A DNA stretch of 64,000 nt from a virus (lineage: Duplodnaviria; Caudoviricetes), in the IMG/VR virus record IMGVR_UViG_3300022555_000043, positions 11,398 through 75,397 of that record; one strand, 5' to 3'. Below, in pieces: positions 48,050 to 57,462 of the stretch; positions within the stretch are counted from its first letter, which is position 1, and each line of letters begins with the position of its first letter. The notes beneath the pieces are model-generated. The model made no database searches. It was given only the letters and a program-made list of their open reading frames with translations, and was not told where the DNA came from. Both the position numbers and the translations under genes were made by a program.

Positions 48050-48813
48050 CTATGCCCCCTGTCTCAAATGTTCAAGCCCATTCCCTCCGGTACTCGGTTT
48101 AGGTTGTCCTGCAGTCGCATGTTCATTTTCGATTTCTCGTTGTTCCATTTCCAAAGCTGTGATTGCTTCCATACAACAGGCGTCTTCGGTAGCCCACCCA
48201 TTGGAACCATGTGGCAAACCCCACAACTTCACTGTCTGGAACACATTCAGATAGTATATGAATATAGGATCATTCACGTAACCTTTGACCTGATCGCGGG
48301 TTACGTGAACAATCTCTTCGTCCTTGCCTTCCCCGAATTTACGCGAATAAACAATGACGCCACCCTTCTCTTTTCGGTACTTATCCTTGTGCCTACCATC
48401 AGCTAAAAGACGATAGGCTATTCGGAGTTTTTTTCGTTCACCTTTGCATTCAGCAACCCTTGGAAGTAGGTGTAAATCTCGTCGATCAAACCATCGTACT
48501 CCGTAGGAGCCGAGAACAGGTCATCAACCGACTTGACCTTGATCACATGATCCTTCTGGTCGTCCAGCTGGTAACCTATATTGATGAGGCCGGAATCCAG
48601 AATGAAAGCACTCAACATCGCTTTGCGATCCACAGACATAGTTCCCGTAACATGACCATCAGCCCCGTAGGAGAACGTGCGAGGATACAGCTTTTCCTTG
48701 ATTTCAATCGTAGCGGCCTTGTGCAGAATCTTGATCTGTTCAGCCGCAGGGGCCTTGTCGTTTCCGTTGAACTTGGGAATGAATTCCCTCTTCGTAGCAA
48801 TCGTCAATACCAT
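48050..48813 (-). CDS. tail assembly chaperone frameshift product (G-T)
   Basis: A AAA AAC slippery heptamer at 48433-48427; the -1 frame is open to the stop at 48050. Confidence 0.8.
48418..48813 (-). CDS. tail assembly chaperone (G)
   Basis: 131-aa ORF between the tail tube and TMP genes. Confidence 0.8.
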   Translation of the reverse strand: MVLTIATKREFIPKFNGNDKAPAAEQIKILHKAATIEIKEKLYPRTFSYGADGHVTGTMSVDRKAMLSAFILDSGLINIGYQLDDQKDHVIKVKSVDDLFSAPTEYDGLIDEIYTYFQGLLNAKVNEKNSE

Positions 48814-48843
48814 GATAATCTCCTTTATAAAAGATGAGATATA

Positions 48844-48875
48844 ACCGAACCCCCAGCAATCGTTGGGGGTTCGGT
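48844..48875 (-). terminator. hairpin terminator after the tail tube gene
   Basis: ACCGAACCCCCAGC-AATC-GTTGGGGGTTCGGT. Confidence 0.7.
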
Positions 48876-48885
48876 AAAATCAGGA

Positions 48886-49530
48886 TTAGGCGTTATCCTT
48901 GAAGTACACCATCGGATCGTTACCCACGAAGCGGACACCCGATTCGTAAGCCTGCGCATCACCGATAGCCGCACCAAGGTTGTAACCATACAGGTCGATC
49001 TGGCCGAACAGGAACACCTGAGTCTCGCCAGAAGTCGCGCTGTCATTCATGAAGAACTGCCCATAGAGAGCCGTTTCGGACAGAGCATTGAACGTGGGCA
49101 CATACGCCGAAGTCATCGCTACCGTGCGCAGGAACCTATTCAGGAAGGAACCAGTCTTGCGCATTTCGCTGATCGTGTTGTTGCCCTTGATTGTACCCGT
49201 CAGATCGATCTTGCCCTTGCGATACTTCTTCACGTTATCGCTCAAGGTCGTGACTTCAACTTCAGCACCGGAGAACTGGCAGTTGAATTCCGTGCAGTCG
49301 GAGACGAGCGTGGCGGTGCCCAAGGCAGCGGAGTTAGTGGCACTGAAAGCCTGACCATTGCCGATAACCAAGTCACCAGCCGTATAACCAGCAGGGAAAA
49401 CAGCCACACCAGAAACAGTGGCGATCTTGTACCAAGAACCGGAAACAGCATTACCCGTAACAAGGGCAGCGCCAAAAGCCATCGACCAAATACTTCCATC
49501 AGCACCAATCAGTCTATCAACCACAGCCAT
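48886..49530 (-). CDS. major tail tube protein
   Basis: FSGAEVEVTTLSDNVKKYRKGKIDLTGTI siphoviral tube-like segment; gene position. Confidence 0.75.
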   Translation of the reverse strand: MAVVDRLIGADGSIWSMAFGAALVTGNAVSGSWYKIATVSGVAVFPAGYTAGDLVIGNGQAFSATNSAALGTATLVSDCTEFNCQFSGAEVEVTTLSDNVKKYRKGKIDLTGTIKGNNTISEMRKTGSFLNRFLRTVAMTSAYVPTFNALSETALYGQFFMNDSATSGETQVFLFGQIDLYGYNLGAAIGDAQAYESGVRFVGNDPMVYFKDNA

Positions 49531-49551
49531 ATTAAGCCTCCTTACCTTCTA

Positions 49552-49950
49552 TCATATTGATTCTACAAAACGCATACTCGCGGTAAAACTGTACTTATGA
49601 ATTCCGCCGACTCCATAAGACAAACCTACCGAACCGCACACAACATCCAAATCCGTCACATCGTACATTGATCCTCGCAAAAAGTCAAGTACGCGCAATG
49701 CTTTATCAGCTATCACCCTTCCTTGTTTCTTCTGATCTGGGCCTGCGTTTACTGTGATTTTTATCCTATTATTTTGCAACACTTTATGTTTCGCAATTTT
49801 ATTTCTAACCCCGGGAAATATATCAATGACCACATACGGCATCTTGGCGGTTTGGGAAATTACCCCACCCAAATAAATCCCAGAAGCGGGGATTACCGCT
49901 ATCAATCCAGAAGCTGTTTGCATGTAGTTCAACAAATCCCCGTCTAACAT
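49552..49950 (-). CDS. tail terminator protein
   Basis: 132 aa with PYVVI motif, directly upstream of the tube gene. Confidence 0.65.
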   Translation of the reverse strand: MLDGDLLNYMQTASGLIAVIPASGIYLGGVISQTAKMPYVVIDIFPGVRNKIAKHKVLQNNRIKITVNAGPDQKKQGRVIADKALRVLDFLRGSMYDVTDLDVVCGSVGLSYGVGGIHKYSFTASMRFVESI

Positions 49951-49959
49951 ATCTGTCTC

Positions 49960-50550
49960 CTATATAGCCAATGACGCCCAGAAATTCTGTTCCTTCACCA
50001 ATAACACTGACAACCCCATTTTCTGAATCTCATCCACTGAAGTAAGGGCAAACGGTGCGGCCTCTGTTCCGTGTTCCCTGATCTTAGCCAACAATCTGGA
50101 AAAGCGCCACATATTTACAAAGTTTCCGTAACTATCCATCGCATCAGGATCAAAATTCAGAACAATCCTGCACCACTCTTTCAAATTCTCTATGAAGTAT
50201 TCCGTCTTATAATCGGTAAGATGTGCCCCTGATCCCAGTTCCCTATAGACAGCATATTCCAGTGCCGATCCCATATCCACAATACCAGCCATAGGAGGGC
50301 TGGCTATTTCAGAAACATCTGCCCCGGATTCCCCGGAAATACTATCCATCGCGCCACGATCTTTGAATGTCGCCCACATAATGGAATTGGTCAAGTCACC
50401 ACTGAAATCATGAGGCTCCGTTTTCTCCCGCATAATCCGCACACCACGACGACCTATCTCCCTCAATGCCGTATCAATATGTACGGAAATCATATCAGGA
50501 GTCAATTTAAGAAATCTTCCTGTTACCTTAACTTTTGCACCGACATTCAT
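49960..50550 (-). CDS. neck/tail-completion protein (HK97 gp10-like)
   Basis: GDLTNSI, YAVYRELG and GTEAAPF patterns; gene position. Confidence 0.65.
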   Translation of the reverse strand: MNVGAKVKVTGRFLKLTPDMISVHIDTALREIGRRGVRIMREKTEPHDFSGDLTNSIMWATFKDRGAMDSISGESGADVSEIASPPMAGIVDMGSALEYAVYRELGSGAHLTDYKTEYFIENLKEWCRIVLNFDPDAMDSYGNFVNMWRFSRLLAKIREHGTEAAPFALTSVDEIQKMGLSVLLVKEQNFWASLAI

Positions 50551-51251
50551 GATACCATCTCAAACTGTGTTCTTTCCAGAACAGCTTCAACATGGGGGAA
50601 ATCGCCCTTGTACACTTCGGGCTGTCCCAAAATCTTTCTTTGAATCCCATCGACATCAACAACTGCGTCCCCACCGCGCAAAACCAATTTGTAATCAATA
50701 GGGCTATACAAACGGTCTGAAGCTGTACTGAAAGTCTGCTGATTCCTCAAAGAATCAAAAGAACTGACAGGTTCCACACGACCTGCGACATCCTGAATAT
50801 ATTTCCAAATTCCATCCATGTAACCATCATTTCTTTCTACATAGGATTTATCTCCAACATACACATACGAAACTAAACCAGAAACCCCCGTACTGAAGAT
50901 GATCCCTAAGCCAGTGTAAAACTTTGTACCCCTCAATGAATAGGAAATCGTGTTCAATCCAGAAACCGCCACGAAAGTTTCTAATGGACAATACACTCCC
51001 GTCTCATCTTCCGCACAAAGTATTAACGAAGAATCCCCTGAAAGGTTGATGCCTATTTCAATATTCGCATTACATTCTCTGAAGAAATCAGATTGGTATA
51101 TGCCCCCACTTGTGGATATGCCTTCATATCCGACAGTCAATGACCATCCAGAATCCGTAGCCCATGTGTCTTCTAGATATATGTTTGTGGGAGGTGTGAA
51201 ACGCCACAATGCCAAGGTTTCTTGCTGTTCTTCAAAAAGCATATCAACCAC
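50547..51251 (-). CDS. head-closure (stopper) protein with an inserted beta-rich domain
   Basis: Position after the adaptor; stopper-like C-terminal half; ~115-aa insert shared with the tail hub. Confidence 0.6.
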   Translation of the reverse strand: MVDMLFEEQQETLALWRFTPPTNIYLEDTWATDSGWSLTVGYEGISTSGGIYQSDFFRECNANIEIGINLSGDSSLILCAEDETGVYCPLETFVAVSGLNTISYSLRGTKFYTGLGIIFSTGVSGLVSYVYVGDKSYVERNDGYMDGIWKYIQDVAGRVEPVSSFDSLRNQQTFSTASDRLYSPIDYKLVLRGGDAVVDVDGIQRKILGQPEVYKGDFPHVEAVLERTQFEMVS

Positions 51252-51609
51252 CTAAACATTGATCATAAATATCCAACGCAGAAACCGCAACGCCCGGGCG
51301 AGTGTGTATCAGATCATACAACTGTGCCCCATAGGAGGTTGTCTGCAATTCACTCTGCAGTTTGCCAAACCCACCAAAGGACTGACTCAATCGTCCTTCG
51401 ACTTTCTGGGTCACAAATCCACTGGCACCACCACGCTTTGCATTCACAGTATACTGATGGGCAGCACGTAAGGCGATTGCCAGTGAATAATTGGCCCCGA
51501 AGTACCCGGAAGAAGTTAGACTGGTAGCCAACTCAATATAGACTGAGTATCCAGAAGTTGCTACAAGAGAAGGGCATATCACAGCCAAAATTTCTTCCGG
51601 GGTACTCAT
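51244..51609 (-). CDS. head-tail adaptor (DUF4054-like)
   Basis: AAHQY, EGRLSQSF and TTSYGAQL motifs. Confidence 0.75.
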   Translation of the reverse strand: MSTPEEILAVICPSLVATSGYSVYIELATSLTSSGYFGANYSLAIALRAAHQYTVNAKRGGASGFVTQKVEGRLSQSFGGFGKLQSELQTTSYGAQLYDLIHTRPGVAVSALDIYDQCLGG

Positions 51610-51610
51610 A

Positions 51611-52066
51611 TTACTTTACCGCCTTCGAAACCTTATCCAAGGTTCCAACCAACTGCATCTTGTGCTGATCAGCATTCCCCTTGTCTACGTCAACCAATTG
51701 CTTCATGATAGCAATCCGTATGTCTTGGCGCGTATCTTCTTCCAGCAACTTCTCAAGAGTGGGCACATGGAAGGTGTTCTTCACCAACTCCAAGGCTTTC
51801 GCACGGTTAAGGTTCATCAAGGTGGCCGGAGCGTACCACGTTTTGTCATCCTGCTTGACCAGCGCAAAATCAATCTTTTGTTCAGGGGTGATCTTGTTCC
51901 ATTCCTCAACGATCTTGCCGCTATCAATCTGCGCCAAAACAAGACTTCGTGCCTTGTTCCAGTTAGCATCTTCGATATAGGTGTACCCCGGAGCCAAAAT
52001 TACCATACCCATGCCATCGGTCTTGGCAATTACTTTGATCCTGTCTTCATTCCATCTTACTAACAT
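51611..52066 (-). CDS. hypothetical virion-associated protein
   Basis: GGAGG RBS before ATG 52066; lies between the capsid and adaptor genes. Confidence 0.65.
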   Translation of the reverse strand: MLVRWNEDRIKVIAKTDGMGMVILAPGYTYIEDANWNKARSLVLAQIDSGKIVEEWNKITPEQKIDFALVKQDDKTWYAPATLMNLNRAKALELVKNTFHVPTLEKLLEEDTRQDIRIAIMKQLVDVDKGNADQHKMQLVGTLDKVSKAVK

Positions 52067-52121
52067 ATGATCCTCCCCAAACAAAATTGCCATGCCCATA
52101 CGGACATACGCATAAAATAAA

Positions 52122-52159
52122 ACCCTATAAGGTATAACCACCGTTATGCCTTATAGGGT
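52122..52159 (-). terminator. Rho-independent terminator after the major capsid gene
   Basis: 17-bp stem ACCCTATAAGGTATAAC/GTTATGCCTTATAGGGT followed by a T-rich tract on the minus strand. Confidence 0.75.
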
Positions 52160-52197
52160 ATACTTTTCAAAATAGCCTACAGTTCACATACTGCCTG

Positions 52198-53130
52198 TTA
52201 AATCCCATCCACGTAGGACACGGACAACGGGTAGTAAATTATGATACCGCCAGTCCTAGCCAAGCAGGGAATCTCATAGGCGAGAGCCTTCTTGTCGGCT
52301 TCGAACTGTTCGAAAGGAACCGGGAGTTCCAACGAAAGATGCTTGATGTCGTTGGCGAACACAATCATCCTTGCGGTACTGGTATTGCCAGCAGTGGCAA
52401 GTTCCGTCAGCCACTCAATCCGCTTGATGTAGACGTTGTTCTCAAGGAAGTACTTCATAACCGTCTTGCCATCGGAATCCGAACCGATCCTCTTGCGAGA
52501 AATCAGGAGATACTGGGCAAGGGGGAGAAGCATGGTATCGGGAGACTCAATACCATTGGTCGCTGTGAGAATGCCTTCGACAACGCCGTTCATATCGGCC
52601 AGAATCTCGTCGGCAGTCTTCAGCGCCCACGTCTTGCCACCGACACCGGAAGTCAGGGTGAATTCGATAGTGCCGGGATAATCGAGGAATCCCGCGATGT
52701 TGGCAGAAGCATCGCCATTCATCACAATGTCATTGAGCTTGTTGTCAATGGCATCGCGGCAAGTGGAAGCCCTGCGCATCTCAAGAGGAACACCCGCTTT
52801 CTGGGCGCGGCGAATCTCCTGTATGGAGTAACCGTAGGAGGCACCGATGTCATGCAACGAAATGCGGTTCTCCGTCCCGTAGATATCCACACGGGGGAAG
52901 TCCTGCGAATAGTCGGCAACCAGACGAGCAAGACCTACCTTGCTGTACGAGCGCCAAACAATTTCCGTGGCAGCGGGGCCAGCTTCAGTCGAGACAGGGA
53001 AGAGTCCCAGTGCCTTATTGGGGGCATACTTCACATCGTAGGTTCCAACCTTGATATACTCAAGTTGTCCTTTGAAGAAAGCGGACTCATTCGCGTCAAG
53101 ATGATACTGATCAATTTTGGGATTGTCCAT
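52198..53130 (-). CDS. major capsid protein (DUF2184 type)
   Basis: YGYSIQEIRRAQ, GDASANIAGFL, DTMLLP and RTGGIIIYYP motifs. Confidence 0.9.
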   Translation of the reverse strand: MDNPKIDQYHLDANESAFFKGQLEYIKVGTYDVKYAPNKALGLFPVSTEAGPAATEIVWRSYSKVGLARLVADYSQDFPRVDIYGTENRISLHDIGASYGYSIQEIRRAQKAGVPLEMRRASTCRDAIDNKLNDIVMNGDASANIAGFLDYPGTIEFTLTSGVGGKTWALKTADEILADMNGVVEGILTATNGIESPDTMLLPLAQYLLISRKRIGSDSDGKTVMKYFLENNVYIKRIEWLTELATAGNTSTARMIVFANDIKHLSLELPVPFEQFEADKKALAYEIPCLARTGGIIIYYPLSVSYVDGI

Positions 53131-53141
53131 TTCTTACCTCC

Positions 53142-53588
53142 TTACGCAACGAGCTTCGGGCCGTTCACTTCAAGAACAACAAGACCGGAAATTGTAGTCT
53201 GATCATTCCTGAACATACACCCAACGTTATAGTTTCCAGAAGCCGTAGTGTGGAACAGACCACCCGCAGTGGCATAAGCCGCAACAGGAGCAGTCGCCAC
53301 GGCAACAGCCGCTTGAACCCAAATCTTTCCCTTCGTCAGCACGTTCACCACATCGTAGGTCTTGTACGTACCAACGTCAGCGAACTTCGATTGCTGAGTC
53401 GCAACCGCAATACCCACGAACACATTACCCAACACATAGGTGGGGTGTACCGTAGTGGGAGTACCCGGGGTCTGATAAACGGGCCTACCCGGGGTTACAT
53501 CAGCGGAGCAAGGGAAGCTCTCGATCTGACTGTCAAACCCATACAGAAGTCCAAGAATAGCGTAATCCATAGCACCATATGCACTCAT
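53142..53588 (-). CDS. capsid decoration/cement protein
   Basis: 148 aa, VNVLTKGKIWV, directly upstream of the MCP. Confidence 0.7.
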   Translation of the reverse strand: MSAYGAMDYAILGLLYGFDSQIESFPCSADVTPGRPVYQTPGTPTTVHPTYVLGNVFVGIAVATQQSKFADVGTYKTYDVVNVLTKGKIWVQAAVAVATAPVAAYATAGGLFHTTASGNYNVGCMFRNDQTTISGLVVLEVNGPKLVA

Positions 53589-53599
53589 GAATTCCTCCT

Positions 53600-54784
53600 T
53601 TATTTCTTATTCACAAGACGATCACGATACGCTTGCCTAGCCTTTTCAGCGGTAAGGGAAGACTTGGTATCTTGTCCGTCAGCATGCGATCCTTCATCAG
53701 CACCCAACTCACGGTTTGCACCATCGTTGTTTGCTTCCAGAGTCTCGACAGCACCGTCGAAACGAGCGTCGATATACACCTGATCCCTGCCATCCAGCGT
53801 GGCTTTCGGGAACACCTTGAGAATGACAGCTTTCTGCATCTCAAATTCACTGGCACCGTCAGCTACCTCAACCTCAGCATTACGCACGGCATCCACGATT
53901 CGGAATCTGCGCTCCACAGCCTTGGCAATCACAGCTTCGTCCATCTTCACTGCTTCCAGTTCTGCGATCTTCTTGTTGGCGGTTTCCACCGTATCAGTCA
54001 GCGTATCAACCTTGGCTTCAAGCTGCGTCTTCTCAGTCAGAAGATTGGCATGCTCTACCGCAAGGGTTTCCTTCTCAGCCGCCAACGCATCCATCTTTTC
54101 CTTGGTAAGCGTATAGGCTTCGATGACCTTAGCTTCAGCGGCGTAGTCAACACCATCCAGCTTTATAGTCTTCATGTTTTCAGGCATGATTACCCCCCTC
54201 TTCACTTCATCAATTTCTGATGCGTCCAAAAGCACACCATCGGCGGAATCCAAATGATCTAAACGAATACGGGCAGTATCCCCCGCCCGTGCCTTATCGA
54301 CAATCGCCAAATGATTGTACAAGATATTCTCTTGCACAGCGTCATACTCCACACCCAACCATCGGCCATGCTCGGGGCGAACTTCACAGGTATACCCACA
54401 GGAAAACTCTCGTTTACCATTCTGGACATCCTGAATTGCAGCAGGATCAACAATAGTGGTATCTGCAGACACATATATATTGTCGCCCAATATATTTTGT
54501 CCGACAGAACCCACTTGATACTGGGAGATGTTATCCGCAGTCACTTTTTCTTTAGGGTGACCATTGACAATCGGCATTCCCGCAAGTGTCGCCAGCGATT
54601 CCGCCTTGAACACTTCTTTCGGACTACGCAACTCCCTAACAACCGTTCCGTCACCACGCAAATAAGTGAAAACTCCGATATTCGTAATCGTCGCACGACC
54701 AACCAAATGACCTTCGGGGGTGATCATAAACTTGGAAGCTAACCATTCGGGAACTTCTACTTGGTCAAGCCTGTTCACACCCAC
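53600..54784 (-). CDS. prohead protease/scaffold (DUF2213)
   Basis: GHP, REFSCGY and YNHLAIVDKARAG motifs; C-terminal coiled coil. Confidence 0.88.
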   Translation of the reverse strand: MGVNRLDQVEVPEWLASKFMITPEGHLVGRATITNIGVFTYLRGDGTVVRELRSPKEVFKAESLATLAGMPIVNGHPKEKVTADNISQYQVGSVGQNILGDNIYVSADTTIVDPAAIQDVQNGKREFSCGYTCEVRPEHGRWLGVEYDAVQENILYNHLAIVDKARAGDTARIRLDHLDSADGVLLDASEIDEVKRGVIMPENMKTIKLDGVDYAAEAKVIEAYTLTKEKMDALAAEKETLAVEHANLLTEKTQLEAKVDTLTDTVETANKKIAELEAVKMDEAVIAKAVERRFRIVDAVRNAEVEVADGASEFEMQKAVILKVFPKATLDGRDQVYIDARFDGAVETLEANNDGANRELGADEGSHADGQDTKSSLTAEKARQAYRDRLVNKK

Positions 54785-54823
54785 GATACACCACCTCTAT
54801 CTGCGCGTTAAAACACGAAAGTC

Positions 54824-54852
54824 ACTATATCTGACTCTTTTAAAAAAGTCAA
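54824..54852 (-). promoter_or_regulatory. sigma70-type promoter for the capsid operon
   Basis: TTGACT-N17-TATAGT on the minus strand. Confidence 0.65.
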
Positions 54853-54871
54853 GTAGAGACAGGTTTTCGAC

Positions 54872-55042
54872 TCAGCCCTGATGATACGGGGGTTCGTCTG
54901 AAGTTTTGGCTATTCTCGTTTTCCGTTCAGTGCTGATTTCGGTATACGGGCCGTCTTTGTTTACCGTAATCTTAACCACACCAAAATCAATAGCCTCAAT
55001 TTCTTCGCGGATAATCCGCATTAACTGTTGGGATGCTTTCAT
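54872..55042 (-). CDS. small hypothetical protein (56 aa, DUF2292-like)
   Basis: Hand translation MKASQQLMRIIREEIEAIDFGVVKITVNKDGPYTEISTERKTRIAKTSDEPPYHQG. Confidence 0.6.
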   Translation of the reverse strand: MKASQQLMRIIREEIEAIDFGVVKITVNKDGPYTEISTERKTRIAKTSDEPPYHQG

Positions 55043-55051
55043 AGGACTTCC

Positions 55052-55993
55052 TTATGTCGCATCTGCTTTTGCAATCGCTGAACCCCACGAAGGTAGGGGT
55101 GTGCAGCGGCAGGCAATAGCCATGCCAACGTGAAGGGGTTCTTGGATACCCTGCTTGGGTTTCCATGTAACCCCGTTATCAGGAGAGAACACAGACATAT
55201 CCGACCATTTCATCGTCAATCCATGCATCACGAAGTGAGAAGGTACAGCCTTGGGATACTTACCTGTGGGATTCCCGCGCACTCGCTCATCCTGCCAAGT
55301 ATGCCAAATGTACTCATCCAACCCAATCTCGGCATACTGATTAGCCCAAATAGCCGCATTTAGGTTCCCTGTCTGATCACGGGCAATCAACGAACTGCGA
55401 TACCCAAGGAAAACGTTGGAAAGTTTTATGAGCGCCTCATCTATCTCTTTATAATTCCACATTGACTGAATAGCGGTGGTCAGTAATACATTTGTTTTAT
55501 TTATAAATTCAATGGATAAATTTCGAATCAGTTGGTAGTTAATCTGCACCCATTGTTCTTGGACACGCAACCACCAATCATCAACCGTAGCCCACGACAT
55601 CCCCAGTATATGACTAAGTTGACGATTCCACTGTTCTTTGTCAAAACCATAAATATTAGAGGCAATCTTTTTCAGGTCTTCCACAAATCGACTACCCCAA
55701 AAGAATGTAGCCCCATACAAAGTCACCAGTTCCTCATCCATCTCATTCTTGTAATTGTTTATGTCGTCACCAAATGAATCCATATGCAACCAAGACTTCA
55801 GCTTACCCCGTATCTTTGCTAATGCCTTCTCGATGAACTGATTCTGGATTGCTTGGATCATCATGAAGTAGTCATACTCATACGAAACGGGGTATTGGGT
55901 AATCAAGGGCTTGGGAACACGACTCTTCTCTGTCTTAGACAACTGCTGCCTATGCAGTTTCAGAAGAAGTTGGAATTCATTCTGGCGATTCAT
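55052..55993 (-). CDS. minor head protein (MuF / SPP1 gp7-like)
   Basis: IARDQT, YIWHTWQDERVR, H and CRC motifs. Confidence 0.88.
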   Translation of the reverse strand: MNRQNEFQLLLKLHRQQLSKTEKSRVPKPLITQYPVSYEYDYFMMIQAIQNQFIEKALAKIRGKLKSWLHMDSFGDDINNYKNEMDEELVTLYGATFFWGSRFVEDLKKIASNIYGFDKEQWNRQLSHILGMSWATVDDWWLRVQEQWVQINYQLIRNLSIEFINKTNVLLTTAIQSMWNYKEIDEALIKLSNVFLGYRSSLIARDQTGNLNAAIWANQYAEIGLDEYIWHTWQDERVRGNPTGKYPKAVPSHFVMHGLTMKWSDMSVFSPDNGVTWKPKQGIQEPLHVGMAIACRCTPLPSWGSAIAKADAT

Positions 55994-57382
55994 TTATTTC
56001 TTACCTTGGGCAACCCTGACAGGCTTCTTGACGGCAGGAACTTTGGGTTCCCCGGGATTCCCAGCCGCAACAGGATTGGGAGATTGCAGTCCCTTCTTGA
56101 TACGCAACTCTTCGGCATTGGTAACATCAATATCCACATAGACCTTCTCAGTCTCTGCCTCAATCTTGGCTGTCTCAGCTTCCAACTTGGTGACTTCTGC
56201 CTTTTCCTTCTCGTCCAACTGATACAGGCTGTTGAAGGTGATCTTGGGAACTTGTACCCCCAAGAACTTGCAAAGGATATTCGCCAAACGACGAATCTGA
56301 GGCATGAGCCTATTACGCTGATTGGCCTCGATCAAATCGTAATAGTTTCGAAGGTCGTTTTCACCAGTAGCATTCAAGCCTGCAGGCGAACGGCCAAACA
56401 ATCGAGTAACCGGGATGCTAGTGGAACCTGAAAGCTTCAGCATGAAACGGTCAATGACTTCAGGAAGCCCCGCAACCGTAGCGTAGTCTCGGGTATACTC
56501 TTCATCCTGATCCAACAGAATTGCATTCAAGATGCTCTTGCTCATCTCCATGATCTGCATTCGCTCGACCAGCAACCGTTCCTGTCCCTCGGCAAGCATC
56601 TCAGAAAGATGCGTCAGTTTATATTTACCAACGATAAATTCATAAAGGATATTGACTGTTGATTGGGTAACCCCACCCAAATCACGAAGGTCTTCATAAA
56701 TGCGTTGTAAAGAAGACATTCCCCAATATCGGGCAGCGTAATCAACATGACTCTTCATGTAAGTGGGTATAGGATCATTGAAAAAGGGGATACACCGCGA
56801 AGCATGCACCATCTGGGTTTTCTGTTCCTGCCCAACGGAATACTGAATCTTGTAAACCAATACCTGCCCAAACGTGGGGGAATTTAAATCGGTATCAAAT
56901 GTACTCTCTCCCAACATAATAGCAGTCTTATCGAAAACCTTGAGATACTCGATACTCCGAATACGATTAGGGTTGAGTTTCTTATCGGGAGTTTGCCCAT
57001 CCATGATACCCATGACCAACAACGATCCACCGTACAACCGTTGCCACTTCAAGGCTTCGTTGATCTTTTCCTCAGCATCCAAACGAACAAATTCCGCCTC
57101 AAGCTTCGTAGCCCCGGCCCCTTCCAACGAAACCCACTCTCGGGTCATATCGTCAGCAACAATGTCTATGATACGACCACCAAGCCCGTCGCCCATATAA
57201 ATGTTGCCGAGTTCCTCATCTTGGATAAGGGTGAGGGTGCCATACTCAGTATACTTACTCTTGTCTTTCGTGCCGTTCAATCCAGCAAAAAAGTTGCTCC
57301 AATTGTCCTGATGATAGTATATTATTCGTGAAGCATCGGTTTTACTCTTTACATCTTTCGCAGAAATAGGCTCGTCAGCCAT
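55994..57382 (-). CDS. portal protein (DUF1073 type)
   Basis: IIDIVADDMTREW, RLYGG and IPVTRLFGRSPAGLNATGEND...YYD motifs. Confidence 0.9.
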   Translation of the reverse strand: MADEPISAKDVKSKTDASRIIYYHQDNWSNFFAGLNGTKDKSKYTEYGTLTLIQDEELGNIYMGDGLGGRIIDIVADDMTREWVSLEGAGATKLEAEFVRLDAEEKINEALKWQRLYGGSLLVMGIMDGQTPDKKLNPNRIRSIEYLKVFDKTAIMLGESTFDTDLNSPTFGQVLVYKIQYSVGQEQKTQMVHASRCIPFFNDPIPTYMKSHVDYAARYWGMSSLQRIYEDLRDLGGVTQSTVNILYEFIVGKYKLTHLSEMLAEGQERLLVERMQIMEMSKSILNAILLDQDEEYTRDYATVAGLPEVIDRFMLKLSGSTSIPVTRLFGRSPAGLNATGENDLRNYYDLIEANQRNRLMPQIRRLANILCKFLGVQVPKITFNSLYQLDEKEKAEVTKLEAETAKIEAETEKVYVDIDVTNAEELRIKKGLQSPNPVAAGNPGEPKVPAVKKPVRVAQGKK

Positions 57383-57424
57383 ATGAGCCTCCTAATAGTC
57401 TATCCTGAAGAGCGAGACTGAAGT

Positions 57425-57453
57425 AGTCTATACGACTCACAGCTTCTTGTCAA
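57425..57453 (-). promoter_or_regulatory. sigma70-type promoter upstream of the portal gene
   Basis: TTGACA-N17-TAGACT on the minus strand. Confidence 0.55.
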
Positions 57454-57462
57454 GTATGGGCA

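Noticed and set aside
48886-51609. Contractile (myoviral) tail, suggested by the DUF2213/DUF2184/DUF4054 head module
   Set aside because: No sheath or baseplate wedge genes are present; tube, chaperones and a long TMP indicate a non-contractile tail.
55052-55993. MuF-fused polymorphic toxin
   Set aside because: The protein ends shortly after the CRC motif, with no toxin extension or immunity gene.
55994-57382. Anti-CBASS Acb1 label sometimes attached to DUF1073 proteins
   Set aside because: Size, motifs and position between terL and MuF indicate a portal; no 2H-phosphoesterase HxT pair is evident.
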